This document shows positions 13,223 to 26,215 of a DNA stretch of 64,000 nt, piece after piece. Numbering within the stretch: position 1 is the first letter of the stretch; every line of letters starts with the position of its first letter. The position numbers and the translations under genes were made by a program. The DNA comes from Eledone cirrhosa (lineage: Eukaryota): contig OZ024740.1 in the NCBI GenBank assembly GCA_964016885.1, positions 34,658,001 to 34,722,000 on the forward strand, given 5' to 3'. The notes below the pieces were generated by a model that was not told the DNA's origin, made no database searches, and saw only the letters and a list, made by a program, of their open reading frames with translations.

Positions 13223-13316
13223 ATTAAAGTAAGTGAGTCTGTTACTACTCTAAAACAATAGCATAAGGTCTTCGAAATTAAGCATACAGTGTATTGCAAA
13301 ATACACAATATATACA

Positions 13317-13403
<87 letters not shown>

Positions 13404-14181
13404 ATGATTATATAATGCGTACAGGCTTTATTTCTAACACATCTCTGCTACTCAGTTCTTTTCGAACTTCTTCCCTCAACACGAAGAATCTATCATCACA
13501 CAGAATTCACTCTCACCCTCACTCAAAACTTTCATCTAGATATGAGCAACAAAGATCTTTAGTCATTCTGGCTCAAATTCTTTCATCTCAATTATTTCAT
13601 GTTGGAATGATGGGAAATGTTGAAGCATTGGGTATCACAAGTTGTTCCTCGTGGCAACAACTCTTCTAACCCATCATAGTTGGTATAGTGTTTGCTACCT
13701 CCCCATATATCTCTAGCCAATAGTGTAGATTTTGCCACTATCCCAATTCTTCTTCCATATCACTTTTTCTTTCGTCTTTTTTTGTCTTTTTGTCATTATG
13801 ATATAAATGTATTTTAAATAAAATAATTACTAAATATTTTATGTTGACTCTACTGTTTTCCGAATGCCTTCAACCCTAAAAGGACGTTCAACTATATTTT
13901 ACTCTGTATAACATGTCAAACACACCTTATATCAACGTATTAGACGTTCAGACTGACCACTGTCGTTTACATTGACAGCTCCAGTCTGGAATTGTCTGGA
14001 AAGTGTCTGAGAATTCACTCACAAAGTAATATAAAAAACGGTCCCATTATCCTGGGAACAATTGATTTATTCCATGAAAATTCAATAAACAGTTTCAGAT
14101 TTTATAAGATTTAGATTTATAGAGGAGGGAAAATTGAATACTCTGACATTTATGTTTTTTTCCAAACACACAAGCAATGTA

Positions 14182-15333
14182 CGAGGGTCGGCTGAAAGTT
14201 TCATAGGCTAACCTGGATACTCTCATAGAATGGGACCAAATGACGTCTATTTTTCAACATAGCCCCACTGGCGGTTCACACACTTCTTCCACCAGTGTTT
14301 CAGTGCTTGGATCCTTCATCCTGGAAGCTTTCATCCTGTTGGTCAAAAAGTTATCAACAGAAGATATGACGTTATCATCACTATGACACTGGTTCCCAGC
14401 TAAATGTATTTTTCATGTTGGGGAATCAGGAAAATAAGGAATCTGACCAAACAGTTCAAAGGCGCAGTCACACACTGCAGCCTTTGATACCAAGGCTTTA
14501 TATGCTGGAGCTTTGTCCTGATGTAACAAGACCCTTTTCTTCAGTTTACATGGCCGTCTGGTCTTGAAAGCCTTTCATAACTATCTTGGCAAGTTGGCAT
14601 AGCAATCTCCATTGATGGTGTGGTCTTCTTGAAGATAGTCAATAAACGCATACCTTTTGCACCCCAAAACCTGAGGACATCATCTTCACTTCTGATAAAA
14701 CGACCCTGGCCTTCTTTGGAACAGGTGAGGAGGGGTGTTTCCAATGTATGGATTGTCTCTTTGTCTCTAGGTTAGAAGGAAACCAGCTGGATCTTCCTCA
14801 AATAATGTCAGATTTCCCCGACATGCCAAGTTCATTTTGCAGAATATTATCAATTCTCTCACAAAATATGCTAATAGCATTGACTATTTGATTTATAGTC
14901 AATCGTCTGTTATCCATTGCCATATGCTGAAAACAATTAATGTATTCCTAGGTGGTGGCAGTTGCAGGACGTCCAGACCTTGGGTCATCTTCAAAACTCT
15001 CCCTTCCTCTCCTAAATTCAGCTGCCCACTTTTACACTGTTGATAAAGCTGAAGTGTCGCCCTCTAATGTAGCAACCATGTCAGCATGAATGTCCTTTGG
15101 GGCTAAACCCTTTTTCTGTCGGTACTTGATAACACCACGGTGCCAAATTTTTGTCAATTTTCAAGAATTCATTACTAGTTACATTTGATGTCTTCTTTGA
15201 ATAGTCACATGTCTGTTTACATGGAAATTGATGCAGTTATTAACAAGAGAAGTTGAAATTAATGCATGCAATATTTCACAACTTTAGCATCACTCCTTCA
15301 TAGCCAACCTATGAACTTTTCAGCCCTCCCTCG
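14182..15333 (-). mobile_element. Mariner (Tc1/mariner) DNA transposon relic, about 1.15 kb
   Basis: TA|CGAGGGTCGGCTGAAAGTTTCATAGG ... CCTATGAACTTTTCAGCCCTCCCTCG|TA. Decayed transposase remnants on the minus strand. Confidence 0.85.
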
Positions 15334-15649
15334 TATATAAACTGAATTGAATGCAATTATGAATTAAAACAGATTCACGGATTCATCTCGCGGTGACACT
15401 TATCTATATGATATACTTTTGTTTAAGAATATGTATATAGTTGACAACCTTGAATAAGTATATATTTGGGAACCACAAGTAAACGATAAACCTGTGCGAC
15501 ATTTTTTGGCTTTCTACTGACCAGTACATGCGTAATTTAAGTGAAATGACACCAAAATGGTCTCAAAATGACTTAATATACCACACAAATCTACCTCACT
15601 TCTTTTTAAACAAAATGTTAGGGATTCATTAATTATTTTTTAACTTCAG

Positions 15650-15793
15650 AAAAACCTACCAGAACCAAGTTCATTAGGCATCTTGAAATTGAACCAACCG
15701 GAATGGTTTTACATTGTTATTGGAATAATAGCCTCTGGCATAGCTGGTGGCGTCCAACCATTCTTTGGAGTATTATTTGGTGATGCTTTCGGT
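15650..15793 (+). CDS. ABCB1: ABCB1-like exon, TM7 (KNLPEPSSLGILKLNQPEWFYIVIGIIASGIAGGVQPFFGVLFGDAFG)
   Basis: TTCAG acceptor and GTAAGT donor, 144 nt. Matches the P-gp motif KLN.xEW.Y...G...G..QP.F...F. Confidence 0.93.
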
Positions 15794-16119
15794 GTAAGTA
15801 TAATTAATCCAATGAAGTATACAATAAATGGTGATGATGATGATTTAAATTTCTGATGATTCAATATAAGTGATTGAATAAAAAGAAATAACTAGTTATA
15901 TTTAAGTTTTAGGTCTCTAAATTATCTGAATACTTTATTATAGTGGGTGAAGATTCTCATATTTTAAGAGAATTATACCAGTCAATGTCTTTAGTACTTT
16001 ATCATGCATCATCTTTTGTAAGCCCATTGAAACATAGATTCATTGTGCTATGACTTGAGCCAATTGAAAATATTCCCAGTTTTTGTCAAAATAGCATTGT
16101 ATTATATAAATCTTAAAGG

Positions 16120-16300
16120 GCAGTGGGTTCGTATTATCAGTAGAGTGTCAGACACCATGCTTTGTAGCATAGAGTTATCGCCCTTGACATTGTAAGTTCA
16201 AATCCTGCTGAGGTTAACTTTGTCTCGATCCTTACGGGGTCAATAAAATAAAGCACTGGGGGTAATTGCTGGCCTTGTGCCAAAAGTAGAAACAATTATA
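16120..16300 (+). mobile_element. SINE copy (same family as 4350)
   Basis: GATCCTTACGGGGTCAATAAAATAAAGCAC...GGCCTTGTGCCAAAAGTAGAAACAATTAT. Confidence 0.8.
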
Positions 16301-16683
16301 TAAATCCTAAATTTCTGAGCTTCACCAAGGTGAAGTTTGAGGTAAAATAGTTTATTGCAACTATTTTTTCTTCTGATAAGTTTCTAATGATAATCAACCA
16401 TAGATGTGAAAAAGTAATCGATTATAAAATGAGAAAATACGTGAATATTTTCCCCGGTTACCAGAACATAGTTGCCGAAGCAACTCTAAACCAAATGTCT
16501 GGCTGATGTTATTTGTCAAGACCTGTCAACAGAATTAGTCTTCAGTGAAGAATAATTAGACATATTTAAAGAAGATTAAATATCTTACTGCCATATCTAT
16601 AGCGAAACCAAGTCATTACAAATATTTTAAGAAAAAAGATGAATTATATATACATTTACACACGCACGCACACACACACGCAC

Positions 16684-16715
<32 letters not shown>

Positions 16716-16722
16716 GCATATA

Positions 16723-16768
<46 letters not shown>

Positions 16769-16842
16769 GTTATTCCGGGTTGAATCGGAGGTAACCACAG
16801 TAAGTAAGGTACTCAATACATTGCAGAGTATAAAAGTTTTAA

Positions 16843-16916
16843 TATAGATGAGATTCTACAGGACTAGAACTGTTTCATTCTAAAGAATGAAACAGTTCTA
16901 GTCCTGTAGAATCTCA

Positions 16917-16956
<40 letters not shown>

Positions 16957-17100
16957 TATTTTAGTTTATTAAAATAACAGATTCAAGTTTAAGCAAGGAA
17001 TCACTGCTTTCACCCTTAACGTTTCAGAGTTTCAGAAGATCCCGTTAAGGGTGAAAGCAGCGATTCCTTGATTAAATTTTAATCTGTTATTTTAATAAAT
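16843..17100. repeat. Two fold-back palindromes (16843-16925 perfect; 16965-17100 imperfect) separated by (TA)n
   Basis: GAGATTCTACAGGACTAGAACTGTTTCATTC-TAAA-GAATGAAACAGTTCTAGTCCTGTAGAATCTC, and GCTTTCACCCTTAACG / CGTTAAGGGTGAAAGC. Confidence 0.9.
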
Positions 17101-17185
17101 ATTTGCTTTAGGGTTCTTATATATTTGATATATATTTATTCTTATCGAGCCCTCTTTGAATTTTAGTCTTCACATTTATTATTAT

Positions 17186-17271
<86 letters not shown>

Positions 17272-17275
<4 letters not shown>

Positions 17276-17616
17276 TCCGTTTTCGAATTTGTTTTGCAAG
17301 ATTTCTTATCTGAAAACGTGTGTTGAAAGAGATATTGTTATACTTTGCGAGGGTCATGTTGCCAATAAAGACACATGCACCTGTTGGTTTTCATTTCAAT
17401 TTATTATAAATTTCCGGTTGGACACAACAAAGGAGAGACACAAAATAAAAACCCAGTCACTGAAGACGTCACAGAATGCGTGATGAAAGAGCGTTGACAA
17501 TATATAACCATCCGTTTATCGAACCAAGTAACCAACCAGCCAACCGGAAATTTAAAGTGAACCAACAGGTGCGTGTGTTTTTATTGGCAGCATGGCCCTC
17601 CCAAAGTATAACAATA

Positions 17617-17620
<4 letters not shown>
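17272..17620 (+). mobile_element. (TA)n-embedded fold-back element with a degenerate hammerhead at 17456-17498; same family as 52210-52695
   Basis: GTCA-CTGAAGA-CGTCAC..GTGAT-GAAAG-AG-CGT-TGAC. Inverted ends GAGGGTCATGTTGCCAATAAA / TTTATTGGCAGCATGGCCCTC. Confidence 0.7.
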
Positions 17621-17649
<29 letters not shown>

Positions 17650-18363
17650 CAAACCCCAGACTACCATTTGCCTCCATCATGGATCAACTAAGCGCTCTTG
17701 CCATAATAACACATTTTGAATTGTTTATCCTCAAGAACTGCCTGTAAATAATATTATTTTTTCTTTCCCATTACCTTATCATGTTCCACATCACCCCCTA
17801 TTTTTTCTTCTTTCTTTTTTCTTTTCACTTCAAAAACCTTGTTTGTAAATAATATTATTCTTTCTTCCCCATTTCCTTAACATGTTCAACATCACATCCA
17901 TACAAATTCCCCCCTTTGATAATGCATAAAATGCCGAAACCGGTAATAGACAATTATTAAATGTATAAGTAAGTAAATAAATGCCATTGTTAATTAATAA
18001 ATAAATAAAGTAATACCTTAACACTTCACACAAAGTAAAATATTTTGTTTTAAACATTCTCTAACCCAGAAAAAAGAGAAAAAAATAAAAGGAAAAAAAG
18101 ATTTTTCTTCCTAATAATCGTCATTTTCTCACTTTTTTCATATATATATATATATATATACTGTAGTAAAAGTTTGGTATAAATATACAAGGGTAGGAGC
18201 ACTCAGTCCATAAGATGAGTTTAGTATAAATAATTACACGTTTCGTTGGATTCTTGACCCCAGCTTATTTAGCTTGTCATAATAAAAATAAATATAAAAA
18301 TAAAGATGGCCGCCTGAGTTTATTTTATATATATATATATATATAAAATAAACTCAGGCGGCC

Positions 18364-18465
<102 letters not shown>

Positions 18466-18495
18466 GTGCATGTATCTATCTATCTATCTAATTAG

Positions 18496-18585
18496 CAAAT
18501 TGGAGTTGATAAAGATAAATTAAGAAATTACTGCCTGGGTTTCTTTGGAAGTGGTTTAGTGCAGTTAATAGCCTTTGCATTACAG
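18496..18585 (+). CDS. ABCB1: ABCB1-like exon, TM8 ([30 protein letters not shown])
   Basis: ATTAG acceptor and CAG|GTAAGT donor, 90 nt, phase 0. Ends in ..F.LQ as P-gp TM8 does. Confidence 0.85.
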
Positions 18586-19111
18586 GTAAGTAAAGTTTTG
18601 AATATTTCAAGAATCTGATTATATTTCTTATTAAAGTACGTGAATCTGAAAATACTCAGTCTTTAAAGTAATATTAATCTTACCAAAATACGCTACACGA
18701 AGGCAACAGAGGGCCCCTTACAAAATTATTGGCGAAGCCACACACGCCGAAGGTGTTTATCTTCAACTGGTTGTTGGTTTTGTTTTATCAATTTTGAAAC
18801 TTCTGTTGTGATGTAATATACTAGATGGTTTATAATAACTGCATTCTAGCTGTAATTAATATTTAGATGGCTAGATTATAACCCATACTTCTTGTATAGG
18901 TTTCTTATATTATGATAACTACCAATGTAAATTCCAATATGAAAGTGTGTTATGGTGCAATCTATAGAGTTCTAAATGGTTAGTTATTTCAAGTAAAATG
19001 CTGGAGCCAACTTAATTCCTATATGATAATTATTATAAGACTATATATATATATATACATACATAATTATATATATATATTTCTCTCCCTCTCTCTCCAC
19101 GCCTCTCTCTC

Positions 19112-19161
<50 letters not shown>

Positions 19162-19218
19162 CATAAATAAGACTTGTAAGTCGACAGGTTCGAATATTAA
19201 CTTCGTTTATTCATAGTC

Positions 19219-19279
19219 ACTGTTATATATATATTTCGGTGATAACCCTTATGCAACAGCTATAACCTCATCAGACAGC
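19219..19279 (-). ncRNA. Type I hammerhead ribozyme (minimal, AUA site)
   Basis: Minus strand reads GCTGT-CTGATGA-GGTTATAGC...GGTTATCACC-GAAA-TATATATATA-ACAGT. Confidence 0.72.
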
Positions 19280-19313
19280 TAGAATTAGAACAGAAAAAAA
19301 AACATAAAAACAT

Positions 19314-19790
19314 AACGAGGTCATAAAGCATGGCTTGGACGCTGCAGGCTTCCCCTCCCAGCTCGAGCCGGTGGGGCTGGACCGAGCGACGGCAAAAGGC
19401 CACACGGTATGATCACCTTCCCGCTCCGCGGTGGCAAACCCCTAGTCTGGGATGTCACTTGCAGCGACACTTTCTCCAGCCGCAACCTGGTGCAGTCTGC
19501 GACTAACCCAGGTTCTGTTGCACGTCGGGCTGAGGAGGCCAAACTCTCCAAATACCGGTCGCTCTCCGACAGGTTCGCGATCGTGCCCTTGGCAGTAGAG
19601 ACTTCTGGTGTCCTTGGCCCTAGGGCTACCTCCCTAATCACCACCATAGGCGCTGAGATGGCCAGCCGCAGGTGTGAGCCTCGCGAGTTGGAATGGCTCT
19701 TCCAGCGCATCTCCCTTACCATCCTCCAGAGAAACGCCTTCTCCCTTCTGTCCGTCGGGGTTGTGGGACCCACATTTTCTCACCATACGA
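19314..19790 (+). mobile_element. CRE-clade 3' fragment
   Basis: Near-identical to 6464-6900 (PLVWDVTCSDTF...VPLAVETSG). Confidence 0.85.
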
Positions 19791-20053
19791 CATTTCACGT
19801 CATATACATAACATTCAAAACGTTTTAAGCAACCAGCCCGTTTAAATTTTTGTTGAGTGATTAAACTATACGTATAATAAAATTCAAAGAAATAAAAATA
19901 TCAAAGGAAGGAAATTGGCTTCAGCACTGTAGCAACCTCCTTAGATACTTAAAAAAAACAAAAAAAACTATTCAGTGGTGAAAATTGGTGGTTTTTTCTC
20001 AAAGCACTGGTAGCATATGCTACCAGTGCTTTGAGAAAATAATATATATATAT

Positions 20054-20126
<73 letters not shown>

Positions 20127-20427
20127 TATGAAAAGTGTAATTTTCTACACAAAGCGAAGGTTATAGAGAAAATTGAGGTTGGTAATCCAACAAAAGACAA
20201 CCCCCCAGCCTCAACACTCTGTACCACAGAAATAACGCACCCAGACCACATGAACCAACAACAGAACCCTTGCTCATCAACAACCACAACACATACCACC
20301 CCCACCATCACATTCACCCCCATGAAACAACAAGCTACAGACCCACACGCAACAGACCAACAAAATATAATCACACACAAAACTACATTCCTTTTTTAGG
20401 GAAAAGCCTGAAATACCAGGATACTCG

Positions 20428-22704
20428 ATGGCCCCCCCTCAGGAGAAACCAAAAATAATCAACCTCTCAAAGACACCTCTAACCAACACACAAATCAACA
20501 TTTTAAGTAAGGGCCTGAAATTTACACCTACACCACGTAAACCAAACTTCCCCGAAATGAAGGATGACATCATGGAATACTGCCGAAAGCTGCGACTAAC
20601 GGAATTCTTCCACAACGACACCAACACTGAAGACGAATCACTGGTTAGAAATAAAAGCAATTTCTGCCCACAAAAGGGAAGAAATAAAGCACTGGACACG
20701 TACTGCGAACACATCACCAACTTTCCCTATGAAAAAATTACAAATAAACACACGAAATCAAACCTATCTACACACGAATGGGAAGAATTATTCACACTTA
20801 GAAACAACCCTGAGATAACCATCAAAGAAGCCGATAAAGGCAGTACTGTTGTCATTATGAATACGGACTACTATAGGACCCTCGCACTTAACATTTTAGA
20901 AAACAACACATACTATGAAAAAACAGAAAACTACAAACACACCAAAACAATGGGGAACCTTTTGACCTTACTGAATAAATACCGCAACAGCTTAACCACA
21001 AAAGAGTTTAACTATATAAGCCACTTCAAATGCAATACAAGCTCTTTTTACGGCTTACCGAAACTCCACAAATGTAAACCCATAAACGATGCATGTGACA
21101 CCTCAACCAACAATTACATTGAACTAACACCACCAGAAGACCTAAAACTCAGGCCAATTATAGCAGGCCCTACATGTGAAACCCACAGACTTAGCAACTT
21201 TCTGGACATCCTACTGAAACCCTTTCTACAACATATACAGAGCTACATACGAGATGACCTTGACATGCTGAAACACCTCCCTAAAACAGTAAGTGCAAAT
21301 ACAATTCTTGTCTCCTTTGACGTAATAAACCTCTACACAAACATACCTCACAACTATGGAATAACAGCAGTCCAATACTGGCTTAACACACACCCATCAG
21401 AAATACCGACACGCATCAACACAGATTTTATCACTGACGGACTCCGCTTTATCCTACAAAATAACTACTTCACATTCAATGGTTCAACATACAGACAAGT
21501 ATCAGGTACGGCAATGGGCACGAAAGTAGCACCCACATATGCCAACCTAGTCATGGGATTCCATGAACAACAAATATACAGTCAGTCCCTTCTCTTATTT
21601 GGAGACTCTTTCCACACACACCTCAAAGCCAATTGGAAAAGATATCTAGACGACTGCTTTATCCTATGGCAAGAAGACATGAACTCACTTACTACGTTTA
21701 AAAACATGATAAACAACATAGATAATAACATACAATTCACAATGGAATCCAATCCTAAGGAATTAGCCTTCTTGGATATTCTCATCTCTGTAATAGACGG
21801 GAAATTAGATACAGATATATTCTATAAACCCACAGATTCCAAGCAATACCTCTTTTTCACATCAAGTCACCCAAAACATACAAAACTTAACATTCCTTAC
21901 AATTTGGCCAAACGTATATGTACCATAGTATCAGATCCACCTAAACGGGAGCAAAGACTAAAGGAACTAAAAGACACCCTTATCTTAAGAGCCTTTCCAC
22001 TTGAAATAATCAACAATGGAATAGACAGGGCAAAACACCTAAATCCCCATCAACTTAACAATCCAAAACAGAAAACCACACTCAACACCCTGCCATATGT
22101 ATCCACTTTCAACCCCAGAAATACCGAAATGTTTGATCACCTACACAAAAACCTCCCCATCCTACTTAAAGATGTAAAAATGAAGTCTATTCTTGAAACA
22201 CACAAGATCCTTAAAAGTAAAAGACAACCCAAATCACTTAAACGCATTCTCACTGGACCAAATATACCCAAACCAATCCTCAACCCTACAGTTACCAAAT
22301 GTGGTAGAACAAACTGTGGAACGTGCCTCTACCTCACTGAAGGACAAACATTTACATTCAAAGATGGCCAAACATTTACAGTAAAAAACAATTTCACCTG
22401 CAACTCGGAGAACTTGATTTACGCAATAACTTGCGGTGGGTGCAAACACAACTACATAGGACAGACGGGCACCTCATTACGCAAAAGAATGACCATCCAC
22501 CGCCAACAAATCCGGGACGCTAACACAAGAAAAATCCCCTTGAGCAGCCATATTGCGAACTGCGCAGGAATGACACTACCCAACTTTAAAATCTTCCTCT
22601 TCTACAAGTGCTCAGATTCGTTCACACAGCAACAAAGAATAAACAAAGAAAATCTATTCCTTAACAAATTTAAACCAAAACTAAACGGGTTATCACCCCA
22701 ATAG
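20428..22704 (+). CDS. Penelope-like reverse transcriptase + GIY-YIG endonuclease, 758 aa, uninterrupted
   Basis: ILSKGLKFTP, IKEADKGS, FYGLPKLHK, RPII, FDVINLYTNIP, GTAMG, RYLDD, FLD, linker CGRTNCGTC and NLIYAITC..C..NYIGQT..LRKR..H. Confidence 0.96.
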   Translation: MAPPQEKPKIINLSKTPLTNTQINILSKGLKFTPTPRKPNFPEMKDDIMEYCRKLRLTEFFHNDTNTEDESLVRNKSNFCPQKGRNKALDTYCEHITNFPYEKITNKHTKSNLSTHEWEELFTLRNNPEITIKEADKGSTVVIMNTDYYRTLALNILENNTYYEKTENYKHTKTMGNLLTLLNKYRNSLTTKEFNYISHFKCNTSSFYGLPKLHKCKPINDACDTSTNNYIELTPPEDLKLRPIIAGPTCETHRLSNFLDILLKPFLQHIQSYIRDDLDMLKHLPKTVSANTILVSFDVINLYTNIPHNYGITAVQYWLNTHPSEIPTRINTDFITDGLRFILQNNYFTFNGSTYRQVSGTAMGTKVAPTYANLVMGFHEQQIYSQSLLLFGDSFHTHLKANWKRYLDDCFILWQEDMNSLTTFKNMINNIDNNIQFTMESNPKELAFLDILISVIDGKLDTDIFYKPTDSKQYLFFTSSHPKHTKLNIPYNLAKRICTIVSDPPKREQRLKELKDTLILRAFPLEIINNGIDRAKHLNPHQLNNPKQKTTLNTLPYVSTFNPRNTEMFDHLHKNLPILLKDVKMKSILETHKILKSKRQPKSLKRILTGPNIPKPILNPTVTKCGRTNCGTCLYLTEGQTFTFKDGQTFTVKNNFTCNSENLIYAITCGGCKHNYIGQTGTSLRKRMTIHRQQIRDANTRKIPLSSHIANCAGMTLPNFKIFLFYKCSDSFTQQQRINKENLFLNKFKPKLNGLSPQ

Positions 22705-23146
22705 AATTGTCATAAAATATAAACACACATACGCACGGAATCACTACTATTAAAGACCAGAGACCAATTCTGTAGAATCAGGTTTATTCATTGACAGACC
22801 ATGCCTTTGTGTGACCAACACATCCATGTTAAACCCTGCACGTGCACACACATATATCTATATATATATGCGCACACAGAATTCACCACTGTCGGTTGCG
22901 GGGCCCAATCTACATGAAGAACTCAATGTGATCAGAATGACTTGTATTTTAATTTCACTGCCCCAACTTCTTATATATGGAAAAAATATATGTGTCTGTA
23001 GGTATATATATATATATATATATATTTGAAGGCCATTTCTCTGTGTGTGGGTGTATGTATGTGTATATGTGTGTGTGTGTGTATGTGTGTGCATGTGGAT
23101 GTATGTATTGTGTGTGCGTGTGTGTGTGTGTATGTATGTGTGGGGG

Positions 23147-23236
<90 letters not shown>

Positions 23237-23275
23237 ATGTATGTGTGTATCTGGATGTATGTGTATGTATATATA

Positions 23276-23328
<53 letters not shown>

Positions 23329-23430
23329 TATGTAGTATATATATATATGTGTGTGTGTGTATGTGTGTATGTATATGTATATGTGTGTGTGTATGTATGT
23401 GTGTATATGTATGTGTGTATGTGTGTATAT

Positions 23431-24040
23431 GTCAGGTCACCACTTGGTGCTACTGGTAACATGTATTCCAGTACAACCTGTCCCATGGTCGGGTCGTTGG
23501 CGACTAAACTGGCAACCCCACTAAGGTTTCTTGGTGAGGAGGGTGACTTTGGACATCCTGCAGGACTAAAAACAAAACCTGTCAAAGGGCAAAGGAGCTC
23601 TTAAGAGTCAATGGCCATCCAAAATCACCGGGAGAGATGACCCCTTAGCCTTTGTCAAGGCAGAATTCTAGGAGAAGGAAAACTCTGATATAACACCTGC
23701 AACTCTGATGGTATCCAATGATGTTGACTTGTTCTTCTTTTTGGTAAATATCATCTTGGTTAAGAGAGTGGGACTGGCTTTGTGCAGTGCCTTTGCTCAC
23801 TATAAAAGCTTCACGGCACAGGCATTGCTTTATATCTGGAGATCTCTCTGCACTTGTCGTCACATGGTACCATGGGCCTAGCACTATGGGTCAATAATTG
23901 TCACAAGTGTAGTGTTTGTACCAGAGTTTTCAAGTCGCTGGCTGGACTAAAGTCACATTCGTTCAGCGCATCGGTAGGAGTTCTCCTACATGGATATAAA
24001 GTAGTGGCCATACTCGAAAACGAGTTGGCAGCCACCATAT
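23431..24040 (+). mobile_element. About 610-bp non-autonomous RTE-derived element (copy 1), nested in the Penelope 3' region
   Basis: Highly similar to 43868-44480 and 43388-43795. Its 3' part encodes CSVCTRVFKSLAGLKSH like the RTE end at 2283, and it ends in the ACTCG-AAAA-CGAGT hairpin. Confidence 0.85.
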
Positions 24041-24418
24041 GTATATATATATATATATATATATGTATATGTATATGTATGTATGTGTGGATGAAGGTAT
24101 GTGTGTATATATAGGTGTAAGTGCACTAAATCCCTTTCTATCACGCTCCACTCTCCTACCCATCACAGGAAGATATGTGTATGTATATTGCTTCCACCCC
24201 CTCACTGACCAGCAGCTGGCGATTGCTAAATCTGACCTTTATAAAATAACCCACACCCCAAATAACTTCTCATTCACTACCAGAAAGGGACACAGCAGTC
24301 AACCTGTTGTTGCTACCAAGATGAAAACTGCTATGAAATCCCACAATGAATTTTATACTTGAATTTTCAAGTCTCAAATTTTAACTCTTCGTATTATTAA
24401 TTTTTCTTAATATTAATC

Positions 24419-24466
24419 AACATTTGAAAAGATGGCTTTTGCAGACCCATCGAAACCGGTCATTTT
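24419..24466 (+). ncRNA. Hammerhead ribozyme of the Penelope pLTR, U3-A8 variant
   Basis: TTGAAAA 24424-30; stem II GATGG/CCATC; GAAACCGGTC with palindromic stem III. Stem I is weak (AACAT/ATTTT). Confidence 0.6.
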
Positions 24467-24566
24467 TTATACCCTTTATTATTTCCTTACCTTATAAAAT
24501 TATGTTTTTTCACAAAAAAGTATTCTGTCTCTTATATATTCCATGTGCCATTACCAACCTCAATTT

Positions 24567-24606
<40 letters not shown>

Positions 24607-24617
24607 AATATATATAA

Positions 24618-24694
<77 letters not shown>

Positions 24695-24702
24695 TATATA
24701 TT

Positions 24703-24787
<85 letters not shown>

Positions 24788-24812
24788 ATATATATAAATA
24801 TATAAATATATA

Positions 24813-24850
<38 letters not shown>

Positions 24851-24858
24851 TATATATA

Positions 24859-24928
<70 letters not shown>

Positions 24929-24980
24929 AATATATAAATATATATATATATTTATATAAATATATAAATATATATATATA

Positions 24981-25024
<44 letters not shown>

Positions 25025-25173
25025 TATATTTATATATATGCAAAGTTTTATTTAAATTGTTGGGTTACAACGAGTAAATATTTATAACTGATATAAAAGC
25101 ACTCAACAAGTATTTGGAGTATATTTACGATATTAAATAATGGAAACTATATTTAATATCGTAAACATAACTG

Positions 25174-25239
25174 TATTTTGTCTGAAGAAGGCATACCATA
25201 TTTTTAATATGATATCCCTGAAATATATATAATGAAATA
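25174..25239 (+). ncRNA. Type I hammerhead ribozyme in a (TA)n-embedded fold-back element (about 25040-25285)
   Basis: TATTTTGT-CTGAAGA-AGG..CATATT/AATATG..CCT-GAAA-TATATATA-ATGAAATA. 25125-25153 is inverted relative to 25252-25282. Confidence 0.72.
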
Positions 25240-25284
25240 AATATGGTTTTATAAATATAGTTTCCATTTATTTAATATCGTATT

Positions 25285-25490
<206 letters not shown>

Positions 25491-25505
25491 AATATATATA
25501 TATAT

Positions 25506-25646
<141 letters not shown>

Positions 25647-25677
25647 AAATGTATGTAATCCTTGGTACAGTTAGGTA

Positions 25678-26215
25678 TATTAAGACAGGGGGGGGGGGAA
25701 GAAAAAATGGCTTCACTTGTGCTTTCAACAAATTTATTTTCTTCACAAAATCCCAAAAGAATTTTTTTCCGGATTAGAAAAAAATTTTTCTTAAAAAAAA
25801 TTATTTTATAAATTAAGTTGTTGGTTGTTGGTTAGGTTTTAGGAGTTCTTGGTTAACGTAGGAGGTATTGTTTCGTTTTTAGAACGACCTTTCACGCTGA
25901 GGTGCGCTTGTCAAACTGATGTGTATGTGGTGTGTTGTTCTATATATAGGGATTTAACATGTCTGTGGTGTGGTGGGGGTTTCTTTTCTCCCCCTTTAAT
26001 AAGTGTATGGGTGCAGGTGTGTGGAAAAAGTGTTAATAGCAGTAATGAGTTGAGACGGTGAGTAGGGTTGGGTGGGGAGAAATGTAGCAAGTGCGGCCTG
26101 CCCCGGTCATTCTGGAAAAATTCCTTTATTCAGGGGAAAAAGCTTTTAGTATTACTTTTGTGTTGAGAATGGTCACAGGCAAATCGCACCTGCCAAGTCT
26201 GTAAATAATTATTTT
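25678..26215. repeat. Left arm of a near-perfect inverted repeat of about 540 bp
   Basis: Reverse complement of 32425-32960; identical 70-aa spurious ORFs at 25849(+) and 32790(-). Confidence 0.95.

Larger units (their letters stand above)
12509..13320 (+). repeat. 322-bp tandem repeat (about 2.3 units) with an inverted 80-bp head, flanked by (TA)n; retrozyme- or pLTR-like
   Basis: GTGAGTCTGT.ACTACTCTAAAAC at 12589, 12911 and 13233 (period 322). 12509-12588 is the reverse complement of about 12641-12721. Confidence 0.9.
20130..24572 (+). mobile_element. Penelope-like element (Neptune-type): inverted 5' tail, upstream ORF remnant, RT-EN ORF, and an interrupted 3' pseudo-LTR with a hammerhead
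   Basis: 20165-20186 AGAGAAAATTGAGGTTGGTAAT is the reverse complement of about 24550-24571. (TA)n lies on both sides. Confidence 0.8.
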
